DNA of 63,602 nucleotides, counting the filler. It is 8 parts of 8 records of this genome, joined end to end, with 100 filler letters (N's around TTAATTAATTAA, not from the genome) between each part and the next. Parts side by side here need not be neighbours in the genome. Positions count along the whole stretch, not along the records: positions 20,055 to 39,520 come from SRR31156797_27898; positions 39,621 to 44,908 come from SRR31156797_27905; 6 more parts are not named here. One strand, written 5' to 3'. The notes beneath the pieces are model-generated. The model was not told where the DNA came from, searched no databases, and saw nothing but the letters and a program-made list of their open reading frames with translations. Within the stretch, counting starts at the first letter, position 1, and each line of letters opens with the position of its first letter. Position numbers and translations under genes: made by a program. Shown here in pieces: positions 32,000 to 42,378 of the stretch.

Positions 32000-34396
32000 T
32001 TACTTCACCCCCATAACTACTTGTACACTGCATTCATTTCCTACCGGAAGTATTGGCAGTTTATCTACCTTGTTGCCGTCAATTATTATCTCTTTTACAC
32101 CACGTTCTACACAATCAGGATTAGTAATACTAATATGATAAGTTGCTCCCCGCCATCTGCGCGTAATACTCATATTATCCCATGTGCTTGGTATACACGG
32201 ATCTACTATTAATTCATCAAAATCAGGACGGATCCCCAGAATATACTGGGTTGAGGAGAAGTAGGCCCATCCTGCAGTTCCTGTCATAAATGGATGTCTT
32301 GCACGTCCATGTGCCTTATGTGCACTACCGTATATAAACTGGCAATATGAATAGGGTTCAGACTCCCTTATTTCAATAATATCATTCTGATGATATGGGC
32401 AAAGCGCATCATAAAAATTAATAGCATCTGTTCCCATCCCCAGCATACAAGCTGCAGCCCAGCACCATGGATTTGGGTGAGAAAATACAGCACCATTTTC
32501 TTTAACTCCTGGATATACACGTGTTACAAAACCAATAGCATCATCTGGCTTAGTATAAGGTGGTGCATTCAGCATAATACCATAGTCAGTCATTAAGTAT
32601 TTTTTTACAGACTCCAATGCAGTCTTTCCTCTTTTTATTGATGCTACCCCAGATAAAACTGCCCATGTATTACTCTCTAAATGTATCATGCCTTCTTTAT
32701 CTGTATGAGTACCTATCTTTCGTCCGTCTGCTGTAATACCTCTGATGTACCATTCACCATCCCATAATACATCTTCGCATACTTTTCTCACATTTTCTGC
32801 TATTTTGCGGAAATCATCTGCATCATCCTTTTTCCCAATATGTTCTGCTAACTCAATAAACTGAATTAATGCCCAGTGGAACAAGAAGCTTACCATTGCA
32901 CTCTCTCCGCCGCCTAAATTTAAGCAATCATTCCAGTCTGCACGAAGCCCTTTACAGATACCGTTTGCTCCAACTTGATTATCAGAAAACTCCAATATTT
33001 TTATCATATGCTCATATACGCTGCCTTCGCCTCCATCAGCATATGTAATAATTTCATCCAGCAGGCTTACTTCACCAGTCTCCTTAATATAATTTACTAT
33101 AGCTCCAATAAGCCACAGTGCATCATCTGCACAGGCATCCTCTATACCGTGGACATATGAATCCTTATCTGGAGTGGGAACAACTGTAGGTGACTTAAAG
33201 CTCTGCTCACTACGATCTTTATCAAACCAAATAGGCTCAAACAAATGCAGTCCATATCCTGTAGTTGTTAATGCCTGCAGTAATTCAACTATACGCTGTC
33301 TGCATTTTACAGGATTTGAATGCGGAATACACATAGCATCCTGTGCTGTGTCTCTATAACCTAGTCCCGTACGCCCTCCTACCTCTACAAATGAAGAAAA
33401 TCTAGAAAACATAACATTAATTTCACTCTGGTAAAGTGTCCATTGATTTGTCAGTGTGTTCAAACCATCATCTGGAGTTTTAATCTGCAATGCTTGACAC
33501 TTCTTATCCCAGAATTTTTTCAATTCATTAAACTGCTCATCAACTTTCTTTTCATCTATATACTTTTGGCGTATTCTTCTGCCTGCATCTATACCACCCT
33601 CACCCAAAAGATAAATCAACCGTACTTCTTCGCCAGGCTTTAGTGTCAATTTCTTTTGCAGGCATCCACAGTGATTGCCTGTAGTATCATAGCTATTTGT
33701 ACATGACCCTGTTTCGACTACTAATGGATTCTTTTCTGTACGATATGAACCGATAAAGGTGTCCCGTAAGCAATCATATCCATCAGGCTTAAAATTGGAG
33801 GTAAAGAATTGATATCCTCTTTCCTCATAATACAAGTCATGCTCTATTATTCCATCTTCGTATCTGGAACCTGCTGCATATAAGCTCATCTGAAAATTAC
33901 GATTATCCATATCTATGTGGTGGAAAGAGAACTCCAAATATGTATAAACACTCAAAGTTCGCATTTTATCATCTGAATTTTTAATAACTACATCCCATAT
34001 CTCAACAGGATCATCTGGTGCTATAAATAGCTTCTGTTCAGCTTCTATACCATTGTAACAGCAAGAATACTTAGAATATGAAAAACCATGTCTGCATTCA
34101 TACTTTGCTTTGTCTAACGGTTTACCTACCGGCTGCCATGACACGCTCCAATAATCTTCCGTCTCATCATCACGTAAATATACGTAATGACCTGGTCTGT
34201 CCATTGGTACGCCATTTGGACGAAAACGTGTAATCCTGTGATACTCTGGCGTTTTATAAAACAAGTATCCTCCAGCAGTATGATTGAATACACCGCACAT
34301 GTCATTTGTACCTATATAATTGGTCCATGAAACGGGCAAATTAACCTTATCTATCACATATTCATGATTTTCTTGGTCAAAATATCCATAACGCAT
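32000..34396 (-). CDS. chbP: GH94 N,N'-diacetylchitobiose phosphorylase
   Basis: PEYHRITRFRPN..DRPGHYVYLRD, GRTGLGYRDTAQD, ADWNDCLNL, HPFMTGTAGW; closely resembles Vibrio ChbP; nagB context. Confidence 0.88.
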   Translation of the reverse strand: MRYGYFDQENHEYVIDKVNLPVSWTNYIGTNDMCGVFNHTAGGYLFYKTPEYHRITRFRPNGVPMDRPGHYVYLRDDETEDYWSVSWQPVGKPLDKAKYECRHGFSYSKYSCCYNGIEAEQKLFIAPDDPVEIWDVVIKNSDDKMRTLSVYTYLEFSFHHIDMDNRNFQMSLYAAGSRYEDGIIEHDLYYEERGYQFFTSNFKPDGYDCLRDTFIGSYRTEKNPLVVETGSCTNSYDTTGNHCGCLQKKLTLKPGEEVRLIYLLGEGGIDAGRRIRQKYIDEKKVDEQFNELKKFWDKKCQALQIKTPDDGLNTLTNQWTLYQSEINVMFSRFSSFVEVGGRTGLGYRDTAQDAMCIPHSNPVKCRQRIVELLQALTTTGYGLHLFEPIWFDKDRSEQSFKSPTVVPTPDKDSYVHGIEDACADDALWLIGAIVNYIKETGEVSLLDEIITYADGGEGSVYEHMIKILEFSDNQVGANGICKGLRADWNDCLNLGGGESAMVSFLFHWALIQFIELAEHIGKKDDADDFRKIAENVRKVCEDVLWDGEWYIRGITADGRKIGTHTDKEGMIHLESNTWAVLSGVASIKRGKTALESVKKYLMTDYGIMLNAPPYTKPDDAIGFVTRVYPGVKENGAVFSHPNPWCWAAACMLGMGTDAINFYDALCPYHQNDIIEIRESEPYSYCQFIYGSAHKAHGRARHPFMTGTAGWAYFSSTQYILGIRPDFDELIVDPCIPSTWDNMSITRRWRGATYHISITNPDCVERGVKEIIIDGNKVDKLPILPVGNECSVQVVMGVK

Positions 34397-34961
34397 AATC
34401 GTTATCTCCTTCTAATCCTGATAATCCGATTATACGTTATTGCTATTATTTAGATAATGGATTGAGTTGTATTATATTGTATTTAATTGTGGATATGATA
34501 AAAAAAATTCGGTCCTGGTGCAAATGACCATAAAATAGAGGATTTTTATGTTTACTCAGAAATAATGAATACTTTACTATGATTTCACCTTTAAGTAATA
34601 ATGTTTTTAGAGAATATTTGAAAATGAATATCATACCCTCTTCCCATAACTATCTATGAAGCAGAGGAGTAAATCAACATGTACCTCGATTATGTTGTAT
34701 TTATAATCAGAAAATTACTTTTCTATGATAAATATAATTCTTTAATTAATAATCTTACTAATTTTTTTGAGTTTAAACGTAATTCTTCAGCCGCAGTTCC
34801 TTGAGCAATTGAAACATTTTTTAATGCTATAGCATCAGTGATGGCATTGCCTCCATTCATAAAGTAATGATTAAGGTTGGAATTAATATTTATATTAGTA
34901 ATTAATTATTATCAAGACTTAAAATGAAATTTTGGACTCTTAACAAAACGTCCACCTTGTT

Positions 34962-35186
34962 CTATTGCGTTATCTTCCTCACAATTCTCTTAACTATCGG
35001 CATCAATACCAATCCTGCTGGTACAGCAACGCATATTGCTATTTTCCATGTTTTCACAAAAGCTTCTAGTAGAAGCAAATCGAACCCTACATTTATTAAT
35101 GTAAGTGAAAAAGACATTACAGTAGCCATTAATGTTGACATCAATAAGGCTGTCAATACACCTGAATACTTTTTATTAATCTTCAT
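34962..35186 (-). CDS. DUF2798-like small membrane protein
   Basis: LMSTLMATVMS...W..A..VAVP pattern. Confidence 0.7.
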   Translation of the reverse strand: MKINKKYSGVLTALLMSTLMATVMSFSLTLINVGFDLLLLEAFVKTWKIAICVAVPAGLVLMPIVKRIVRKITQ

Positions 35187-35221
35187 ATACACACTTCTTT
35201 CTAATGATTTCACTTATTCCC

Positions 35222-36427
35222 TTAATTGGAGTTAAAATAAATCTTTTGTTTGTATTCAACAGGAGTGTACCCCGTTATCATTTTAAACTTCTGACTGAAA
35301 TATCTTTGATTTGCAAAACCTACTCTTTCTGCAACCCAGTAAATTTTGTTTCTGGAATCTTTAAGCAAATCCTTAGCAACTTCGATTCTATAATTATTGA
35401 TAAAATCAACAATATTAATACCCATTTGCTTTTTGAACGAATTGGATAAGTAAGTCGGATGCACATATAGTTCCTCGGCAAGAGTAGCCAGGGATATCTT
35501 CTTTGAGTAGTGCTCCTTTATATATTGTATTGCACTTACTACATGCGGTGAGCTGACTTTTCTATCTATACTTTCTATATTCGAATAATAGCTATCAATA
35601 TTTTTAGTTTTAGAGTATAAATCCTCCTTAAGTTGAGACATCATATCATAGTTCATATCAGATAATTCAAGAATACTATCTGAATATTTGACTTGACCTA
35701 CTACAAATTTGGGGCAGCTTACATTTACTTTTTTGATTAATATATCCACTTTAGGATTTTCTTTTTGATCTTCGCATACTACCATTACATTGTAGTTGCT
35801 TTTACTGGTATACAAGAATATTCTATAATCTTCTTTATTCAGCTTTTCTACAATTCTTGAGATTTCATCAGTATCATCAAGCATAAAACTAATTAATGAG
35901 AATCGTTTATTAATCAATTCACAGTATTTTAAGCCTTCTTCAATTTCTTGCTCACTTAAACACCTGGTCTCAAACATCATGTCAAAAATAAAATTCTTTG
36001 TAATAGAGATTATATTATTTCTAATAAATCTTTCATCACTTTGAGTTTTCTTCTTATCTTCAATGATTTTTTCAGTTTTACATATAGCTTCTATCAAATT
36101 TTTGACAGAAACTGGCTTAATAATATAATCTATTGCCTTTTGCTGCAATGCCTTTTGGGCATATTCAAATTCGGTATAACCGCTAATAAAAATTACCTGA
36201 ATATCATGTCCTCTGTCTTTTAATATATCAACAAGTAATAAACCATCAATATTAGGCATATTAATATCTGACAATAGTAAGTCAACCTTGTCCCAATCAC
36301 AAAATTCCAGTGCTTCTTCAGCATCAGTATATACTTCATATGCAATCCAATCATTATCTGTTTTATTAATTATATTTTCTATACCATTGCATATTACAAC
36401 TTCATCATCAATAATTACAATATTCAT
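35222..36427 (-). CDS. AraC-type response regulator
   Basis: IIDDE, SDINMP receiver; YVHPTYLS...RYFSQKFK AraC HTH. Confidence 0.92.
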   Translation of the reverse strand: MNIVIIDDEVVICNGIENIINKTDNDWIAYEVYTDAEEALEFCDWDKVDLLLSDINMPNIDGLLLVDILKDRGHDIQVIFISGYTEFEYAQKALQQKAIDYIIKPVSVKNLIEAICKTEKIIEDKKKTQSDERFIRNNIISITKNFIFDMMFETRCLSEQEIEEGLKYCELINKRFSLISFMLDDTDEISRIVEKLNKEDYRIFLYTSKSNYNVMVVCEDQKENPKVDILIKKVNVSCPKFVVGQVKYSDSILELSDMNYDMMSQLKEDLYSKTKNIDSYYSNIESIDRKVSSPHVVSAIQYIKEHYSKKISLATLAEELYVHPTYLSNSFKKQMGINIVDFINNYRIEVAKDLLKDSRNKIYWVAERVGFANQRYFSQKFKMITGYTPVEYKQKIYFNSN

Positions 36428-36428
36428 A

Positions 36429-38216
36429 TTAATCGTTCACAATCAAAGGAATTTCAATTCTAATAGTCGTTCCGCTTCCGAATTCACTAATAATATAGAA
36501 TTCGCTATGTTCATACATATGTTTTATTCTTTGTTCAACATTTTTTAGACCTATATGACTTTTTTTGCCTGGTGACTCAATACTATCCAATTTAATATTA
36601 TTTATCTGTTCTTTTGTCATACCAATCCCGTTGTCAATAATATCTATTGTATATTTATTATCTAGTACAGTTCCGATGATTTTTATAGTATTACCCTTCT
36701 TCCTACCAGCAAACCCATGAGTTATTGCATTCTCAACTATTGGCTGTAAAGTTAGTTTAGGCAATACTAAATATATAGTTTTATCCATATCAACTTCATA
36801 TTCAAACATGTTTTTACTATTTGCATGGCGTAAATATAGATAATCCATTACATTATTTATCTCATCTGTTAGTATTGCTCCAGATGATGCACTTTCTGCT
36901 GAATATCTAAGCAGATTACCTAATGCAACTATTGACTGACTGACTTCTTCCTCACCTTTTTCTATTAGCCTCCAGTTTATCATGTCCAATGTGTTGTGCA
37001 GAAAATGCGGATTAATTTGAGCTTGCAATGCCCGGTACTCTGCTTCCTTTGTCATTATTTCCTGCTCATATTTTTGTTTGATTAATTTATTTGTATTCTC
37101 AACCATAGCATCAAATACATTAGAAAGCTCACCTATCTCGTCAATTCTGCCTGTATTTATCCTGGTATTGAAGTCACCCTTTCCTACTCTTCTCATCTTT
37201 TCTGCCAGAGTTTTCAGCCCTTTGGTAATAAAGTCTGAGATTCCGCTTGCTAGAAAGAAACACGTAACTAATGATACAATTAGTGTAATAAATAATATAG
37301 TCACTGTCCTGTTAAATGTAGCTCCCAAATCTGAAGCAGTGCTAATAGAAACCAAGTGCCAACCCATAGCATTATTCTTTATATATGAAACAAGATATTC
37401 ATCATGCTCATCTGTCTTTTGAGCAGTAAAAGCCCCCCTTTTTGTCTGGGTATCAATATTCATGAAAATATAATCTTCAAGCTCATTGCCATTGGAATTC
37501 ATCGGAATTATTACAGATTTATCTGGTGACACTAGATAAAATAATACATTTTCCAACTCTTGATTTGAATATTCAATGTTATTAAAATAATTATTCTTAA
37601 TAACAAGTATTAATAGTCCTTTTATTTCATTGCTTGAGTAATCCTTGATAACAGCAGCACCAGAAATACCGCCTAAAGGTCTTAGCAATATTGTATCCTT
37701 TGCATAGAGTTCATTCAAATCATTCTTACTTAACCATACCACTCCGCCATTGTATTCTTTTGCTTTTTCAAAGACTTGGGTATCCCTTATGTCAAAATCG
37801 GCAGGCAAATAATATGTAGCTCGCACACTATATGTATTCGAATTAATATCTATTATTGAAATATCCAAATATCCATATTCGCTGATCGTTTTGCTGTTTA
37901 AATATGCTGTGATATCTCTTTTTGCTTTACCTATTTCAAGCTCAGTTTCCAGGTTTAGACTCTGCTTTATCTCTTCCCTTATTACTATACTTAACGCATC
38001 TGAATTAAATGATTCCATTCTACTCTCAAGGTCTTGATTGACAGTATTAATCAGCTGATTAAGATGTGACTTTTCGCTGTCTAGGATAATTTTGGAATTG
38101 GTTAGATAGACAACAGCTCCAATAATTATAACTTGCATTATACTAAGCAGTATAAACGCCAGCCATACTTTGTTTCGGAGTTTAATATTAGATATTTTCT
38201 TTGAAAAATCGAACAT
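36429..38216 (-). CDS. YesM-like sensor histidine kinase
   Basis: HAMP; ALQAQINPHFLHNTL; LQPIVENAITHG; DNGIGM. Confidence 0.93.
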   Translation of the reverse strand: MFDFSKKISNIKLRNKVWLAFILLSIMQVIIIGAVVYLTNSKIILDSEKSHLNQLINTVNQDLESRMESFNSDALSIVIREEIKQSLNLETELEIGKAKRDITAYLNSKTISEYGYLDISIIDINSNTYSVRATYYLPADFDIRDTQVFEKAKEYNGGVVWLSKNDLNELYAKDTILLRPLGGISGAAVIKDYSSNEIKGLLILVIKNNYFNNIEYSNQELENVLFYLVSPDKSVIIPMNSNGNELEDYIFMNIDTQTKRGAFTAQKTDEHDEYLVSYIKNNAMGWHLVSISTASDLGATFNRTVTILFITLIVSLVTCFFLASGISDFITKGLKTLAEKMRRVGKGDFNTRINTGRIDEIGELSNVFDAMVENTNKLIKQKYEQEIMTKEAEYRALQAQINPHFLHNTLDMINWRLIEKGEEEVSQSIVALGNLLRYSAESASSGAILTDEINNVMDYLYLRHANSKNMFEYEVDMDKTIYLVLPKLTLQPIVENAITHGFAGRKKGNTIKIIGTVLDNKYTIDIIDNGIGMTKEQINNIKLDSIESPGKKSHIGLKNVEQRIKHMYEHSEFYIISEFGSGTTIRIEIPLIVND

Positions 38217-38236
38217 AATATATTATTGTCAATCTT

Positions 38237-39091
38237 TTAGCCTTTTAGTCCAGATGTCACTGATCCTTTTATATAATACTTCTGTAAAGGTATAAGTGTC
38301 AACACAGGTATAATAATGGCAATAACTGTTGCGGCAAATATTACACCCCACAGGACAGTAAATTCCAATGTGAAATTACTAATTGCTACCTGAATTACTT
38401 TCATACTATTTTTTGTTGTAGCTAACATAGGCCATAGGAATGCATCCCATTGCTTTATAAAAAGCATCAAACTGGCACTAATAATCACTGGCTTTGAAAC
38501 CGGCACAATGATTGAAAAGAAAATTCTGAAAAAACCAGCTCCATCTATAGTGGCAGCTTCTATCAAACTATCTGGTATGTCCATGAAAAATTGTCTGTAT
38601 AAAAAAACAATCATTCCGTTTGCTACCATAGGTAATATTAATGCAGCATAAGTATCAATTAGATTGAGCCCTTCTGCTGTTTTATATAGAGGTACTGCAA
38701 TCATCTCAAATGGTATCATAAATGAAAATAGATATATAATAAACAAAATATTTCTGCCAGGAAATTTAAATTTGGCAAACGCAAAACCTGCCAGAGCGTT
38801 TACAATAAACCCAAATGCAACTGTTGCAATCGCTACTACTAATGAATTTAGTATAGGTCTCCAAAACGAATACTCTGTAAACAATGCCTTGTAGTTATCA
38901 AAAATTAAATCTACCGGCAATAACGTATTAATTGTAAATGGCGTTGCATAATGAAAAATCTCTTCGTCTGACCTTAATGATGACCCTAGTGCAAAAAATA
39001 TTGGAAGCATTGTTGCTGCAATAATTAAAGCAATAACTATTACATAAATAGTATTAGACAAGATTTTTACTGCTTTTTTATTCTTTTTCAT
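38237..39091 (-). CDS. Carbohydrate ABC transporter permease
   Basis: LIEAATIDGA loop. Confidence 0.92.
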   Translation of the reverse strand: MKKNKKAVKILSNTIYVIVIALIIAATMLPIFFALGSSLRSDEEIFHYATPFTINTLLPVDLIFDNYKALFTEYSFWRPILNSLVVAIATVAFGFIVNALAGFAFAKFKFPGRNILFIIYLFSFMIPFEMIAVPLYKTAEGLNLIDTYAALILPMVANGMIVFLYRQFFMDIPDSLIEAATIDGAGFFRIFFSIIVPVSKPVIISASLMLFIKQWDAFLWPMLATTKNSMKVIQVAISNFTLEFTVLWGVIFAATVIAIIIPVLTLIPLQKYYIKGSVTSGLKG

Positions 39092-39519
39092 ACCCTTTCA
39101 CCTCTAGGTCTTCTTTGTCTTCTTGGTTTATCTTTGTCCCTTAGGAACCAAAACTGAATACCAATTATTAAACAAGTTATCATAAGCAAAATCGTTATTA
39201 TTGCATAGGATCTTCCGTAGTTAGAATATTTGAATGCTGATCTATATGCTTCATACATCAATACGTTTGTCGAACCCTGTGGACCTCCGCCTGTAAGCAT
39301 ATATACTGGAACAAACATAAACAGATTTATCATAGTATCTGAAATCGCTACAAAGACCAATGAGTTCTTTAATAGAGGCAGTGTCAGGTAGAAGAACTCA
39401 GTAATGACATTCGTGCCATCTATTTTGCCTGATTCATATATGCTGTCATTTACATTTTGCAGCCCAGCAAGCAAGAACATCATCCAGTACGCTACACCTT
39501 TCCAGCAGCATACTATCAT
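39088..39519 (-). CDS. Carbohydrate ABC transporter permease, 5'-truncated
   Basis: YESGKIDG, LTGGGPQGST. Confidence 0.88.
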   Translation of the reverse strand: MIVCCWKGVAYWMMFLLAGLQNVNDSIYESGKIDGTNVITEFFYLTLPLLKNSLVFVAISDTMINLFMFVPVYMLTGGGPQGSTNVLMYEAYRSAFKYSNYGRSYAIITILLMITCLIIGIQFWFLRDKDKPRRQRRPRGERV

Positions 39520-39520
39520 A

Positions 39521-39620
39521 NNNNNNNNNNNNNNNNNNNNNNNNNNNNNNNNNNNNNNNNNNNNTTAATTAATTAANNNNNNNNNNNNNNNNNNNNNNNN
39601 NNNNNNNNNNNNNNNNNNNN
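39521..39620. other. Artificial contig spacer
   Basis: N-run with TTAATTAATTAA. Confidence 0.99.
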
Positions 39621-40177
39621 ATAAAGGTGATAAAATATAAAGGTGCATTTGAATCTATACCTAGTCCATCATTTAAAAGTAATACTCCAACAATCACTCC
39701 AATAAGTCCAACTAATGAAGATAATGAAGAGATTTTTAATACTTTCGCACAAAAGAACCATGCAATTGCTCCAATAATTGTAGGAATAGGGATAAGGATT
39801 ATAAAAGCTCCAAGAGCTGTAGCAACCCCTTTACCACCTTCAAAATTTAAAAACACACTATAACAATGCCCAAGTACACTTAATACTCCAATTCCCCATA
39901 GTGTTTCTGTACTCATCCCTAAAGCCATAGCTATTAAAATGATAATTGCACCTTTTGCAGCATCAAGTGCAACTGTAGCGATACTTAGTTTTTTTGCTAA
40001 TGCGGGATTTTGTTCTTTTACCACTCTTAAAACATTTGTAGCACCTATACTTTTGCTACCAGACTCTTTGATATTTACTCCAGCAAATTGTTTTGCTAAA
40101 AGAAGTCCAAATGGGATACCACCTGCAAGATATGCAACTAAATAAAAAATGATATTTGGGTTTGTAAGAAAATCCAT
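39621..40177 (-). CDS. plsY: Glycerol-3-phosphate acyltransferase, 3'-truncated
   Basis: GIPFG, GSKSIGATNVLR, GHCYS..GGKGVAT. Confidence 0.95.
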
Positions 40178-40274
40178 ATAAAGTCCTTGGGTAAAATAAA
40201 AAAATAGTATAGCTAATTTTTACTTGCAAAATTTCTTAACATTGAATTAACCATACTTAGGTAATATTCTTTTT

Positions 40275-41408
40275 ATGAAAAATAGATTTATAAAAACACT
40301 GATTATTTTACTATTCACTTCCTCTTTATTTGCCTTAAATGATGTGAAAAATACAACGGTAGCGTTGGTTCAAGAGAGTGACAAACTTTGGTGTCCAGTT
40401 ACGGGACTAAGTATTGAGAAGTATTATGAGACCTCATATGTTGCAGAGCTAAAATCCAATAAAAGAAAACGGCAATATAGCTCTTTATATGCCCTAGTAA
40501 AAGATATGCAAGAGTATGAGATAGATCAGTCAAGTATTCAAGTTTTTGATCAGATCGAACAAAAATATGTACCAGCATCACAAGCATATTTTATCATCGA
40601 AAGTGATAAAAAAGGGACACTTTCAAAAGTGAGTAAATTTGCTTTCTCTTCCCAACAAGAAGCAAAAAAGTTTCAAAATAGGTATAAAGGGCGATTAGTT
40701 CATTTTGATGAAGCTTTACAAGTAGCACAAGAAGATCTTAAAAAAGATGAAGAGCACTTTTTAAAGATAAAAAAGAAAAAAGAGTACCCAAGAGGGAAAA
40801 AGATATTTGAAAAAGCGTGCAAGCAAGATATAGACCCAACGGAATATTTAGAGATCAATGAACTTAAAAGTGCTATTGTCTATGATAAATTATGTAAGCC
40901 TTTAAAAGAGAAAGATCTTCATGCCTTAGCTTTGTACTTATGGGAAGTGAGACGTTTTGGAACACTGGAAAGTATAGAAAATAGAGTAATAGTAAAAGAG
41001 GAAGAGAAGTGTCCAGTGTGTGGAATGTTTACCTATAAATATCCTAGATGGGCAGCTCAAATTTTTTATGAGCAAGGTGATAAAAAGGTACATTACTCTT
41101 TTGATGGAGTGAAAGATCTTATGAAGTTTTATTTTAATTCAAAAAAATGGGGCAATTATCCATTGGCAAAAAAAGAGAATATCGCAAAAATCTTAGTCAC
41201 AGATTATTATTCGCAAGCTGGTATTGATGGAACAAAAGCGTATTATGTGATACGAAGTGATATTTATGGGCCTATGGGACATGAGTTTATCCCATTTAGT
41301 TCACATGAAGATGCGAAAATTTTTTTAAAAGATCATTTTGGAAAAAAAATATTAACATTTGCTGAGATAACAGAAAATCAAACATATCAATTAGATTTGA
41401 ATGAATAG
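40275..41408 (+). CDS. Two-domain NosL-family exported protein
   Basis: Signal peptide; degenerate first NosL domain (CPVTGL); intact second (CPVCGM, FDGVKD, GPMGHEFIPF). Confidence 0.85.
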   Translation: MKNRFIKTLIILLFTSSLFALNDVKNTTVALVQESDKLWCPVTGLSIEKYYETSYVAELKSNKRKRQYSSLYALVKDMQEYEIDQSSIQVFDQIEQKYVPASQAYFIIESDKKGTLSKVSKFAFSSQQEAKKFQNRYKGRLVHFDEALQVAQEDLKKDEEHFLKIKKKKEYPRGKKIFEKACKQDIDPTEYLEINELKSAIVYDKLCKPLKEKDLHALALYLWEVRRFGTLESIENRVIVKEEEKCPVCGMFTYKYPRWAAQIFYEQGDKKVHYSFDGVKDLMKFYFNSKKWGNYPLAKKENIAKILVTDYYSQAGIDGTKAYYVIRSDIYGPMGHEFIPFSSHEDAKIFLKDHFGKKILTFAEITENQTYQLDLNE

Positions 41409-41470
41409 TTTTTAACATAAAATTAACATTAAAAAAATATAATAAGCTAAAATTTTTATAAAGGATAATA

Positions 41471-42235
41471 ATGAAAAAATTATTACACAAAGTATTAATG
41501 ATAGTACTTTTCTCTTTTGCACTTGTAAATGTAGCCCAAGCAGAGATGAAATGTGGGCAAGGCAAATGCGGTAGTACTGGAAAATGTGGCATGGGAAAAG
41601 GTCAACAAAAAAAGATGGATGATTTTCGAACAGTGCCACCAAGTAGTGAAACGATTATCCAAGATGGAAAAAATAAGATGTATTGTCCAGTGTGCGGAAT
41701 GACTCTTCCAAAATTTTATAGAACAAATCATGCAGCAACAGATGATAAGGGACATGTACATCAATATTGTTCAATAGTATGTGCTATTGAAGATGCGGTA
41801 GTAAATGGGAAAAAACTTACCAATCATAAAGTGGTAGATAATAGTTCTTTAAAATTTATTGACTCAAGCAAAGCCTATTTTGTAGTAGGAAGTAATAAAC
41901 CTGGAACCATGAGTGTTACAAGTAAATATGCTTTTGGTACATTAGATGCAGCACGTGAATTTGCTAATAAAAATGGTGGAAAGATCATGGATTTTAAAGA
42001 TCTATATATGATGGTAGAAAAAAATCTTGAAAAAGATATGGCTGCAACAAAAATGAGACAATCAAAAGCAGCAACAATGGGTGAAAAGATCTATAATAAA
42101 ATGTGTGAAAAAACAGACAAGAGATTTAGCTCAGTAGCAGATGCTAAAAGTTTTTTAACTGAGAGTGGTATTTGTGGGAATATTGCTGGGAAAAAGCATC
42201 AGCAGGTTGCACTTTTTTTAAGTGGCAAAAAATAA
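41471..42235 (+). CDS. NosL-family exported protein with N-terminal KCG repeats
   Basis: Signal peptide; MKCGQGKCGSTGKCG; CPVCGM, QYCSIVC, PGTMS..SKYAF. Confidence 0.85.
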   Translation: MKKLLHKVLMIVLFSFALVNVAQAEMKCGQGKCGSTGKCGMGKGQQKKMDDFRTVPPSSETIIQDGKNKMYCPVCGMTLPKFYRTNHAATDDKGHVHQYCSIVCAIEDAVVNGKKLTNHKVVDNSSLKFIDSSKAYFVVGSNKPGTMSVTSKYAFGTLDAAREFANKNGGKIMDFKDLYMMVEKNLEKDMAATKMRQSKAATMGEKIYNKMCEKTDKRFSSVADAKSFLTESGICGNIAGKKHQQVALFLSGKK

Positions 42236-42378
42236 TCAACTTAAAGCTTTTAAGCTTTAAGTTTCTATTCTAAACATATTTAATCTTTCTTATTTACCAA
42301 TCGTAACAATTCAGTAATAACTAACACAAAATTCGATATATTCCCTCTACTAAAAATACAATAGGATAGTAATATTTT

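Noticed and set aside
34720-34860. Short minus-strand ORF MNGGNAITDAIALKNVSIAQGTAAEELR...
   Set aside because: No RBS, under 50 codons, only vague similarity to chemoreceptor tails
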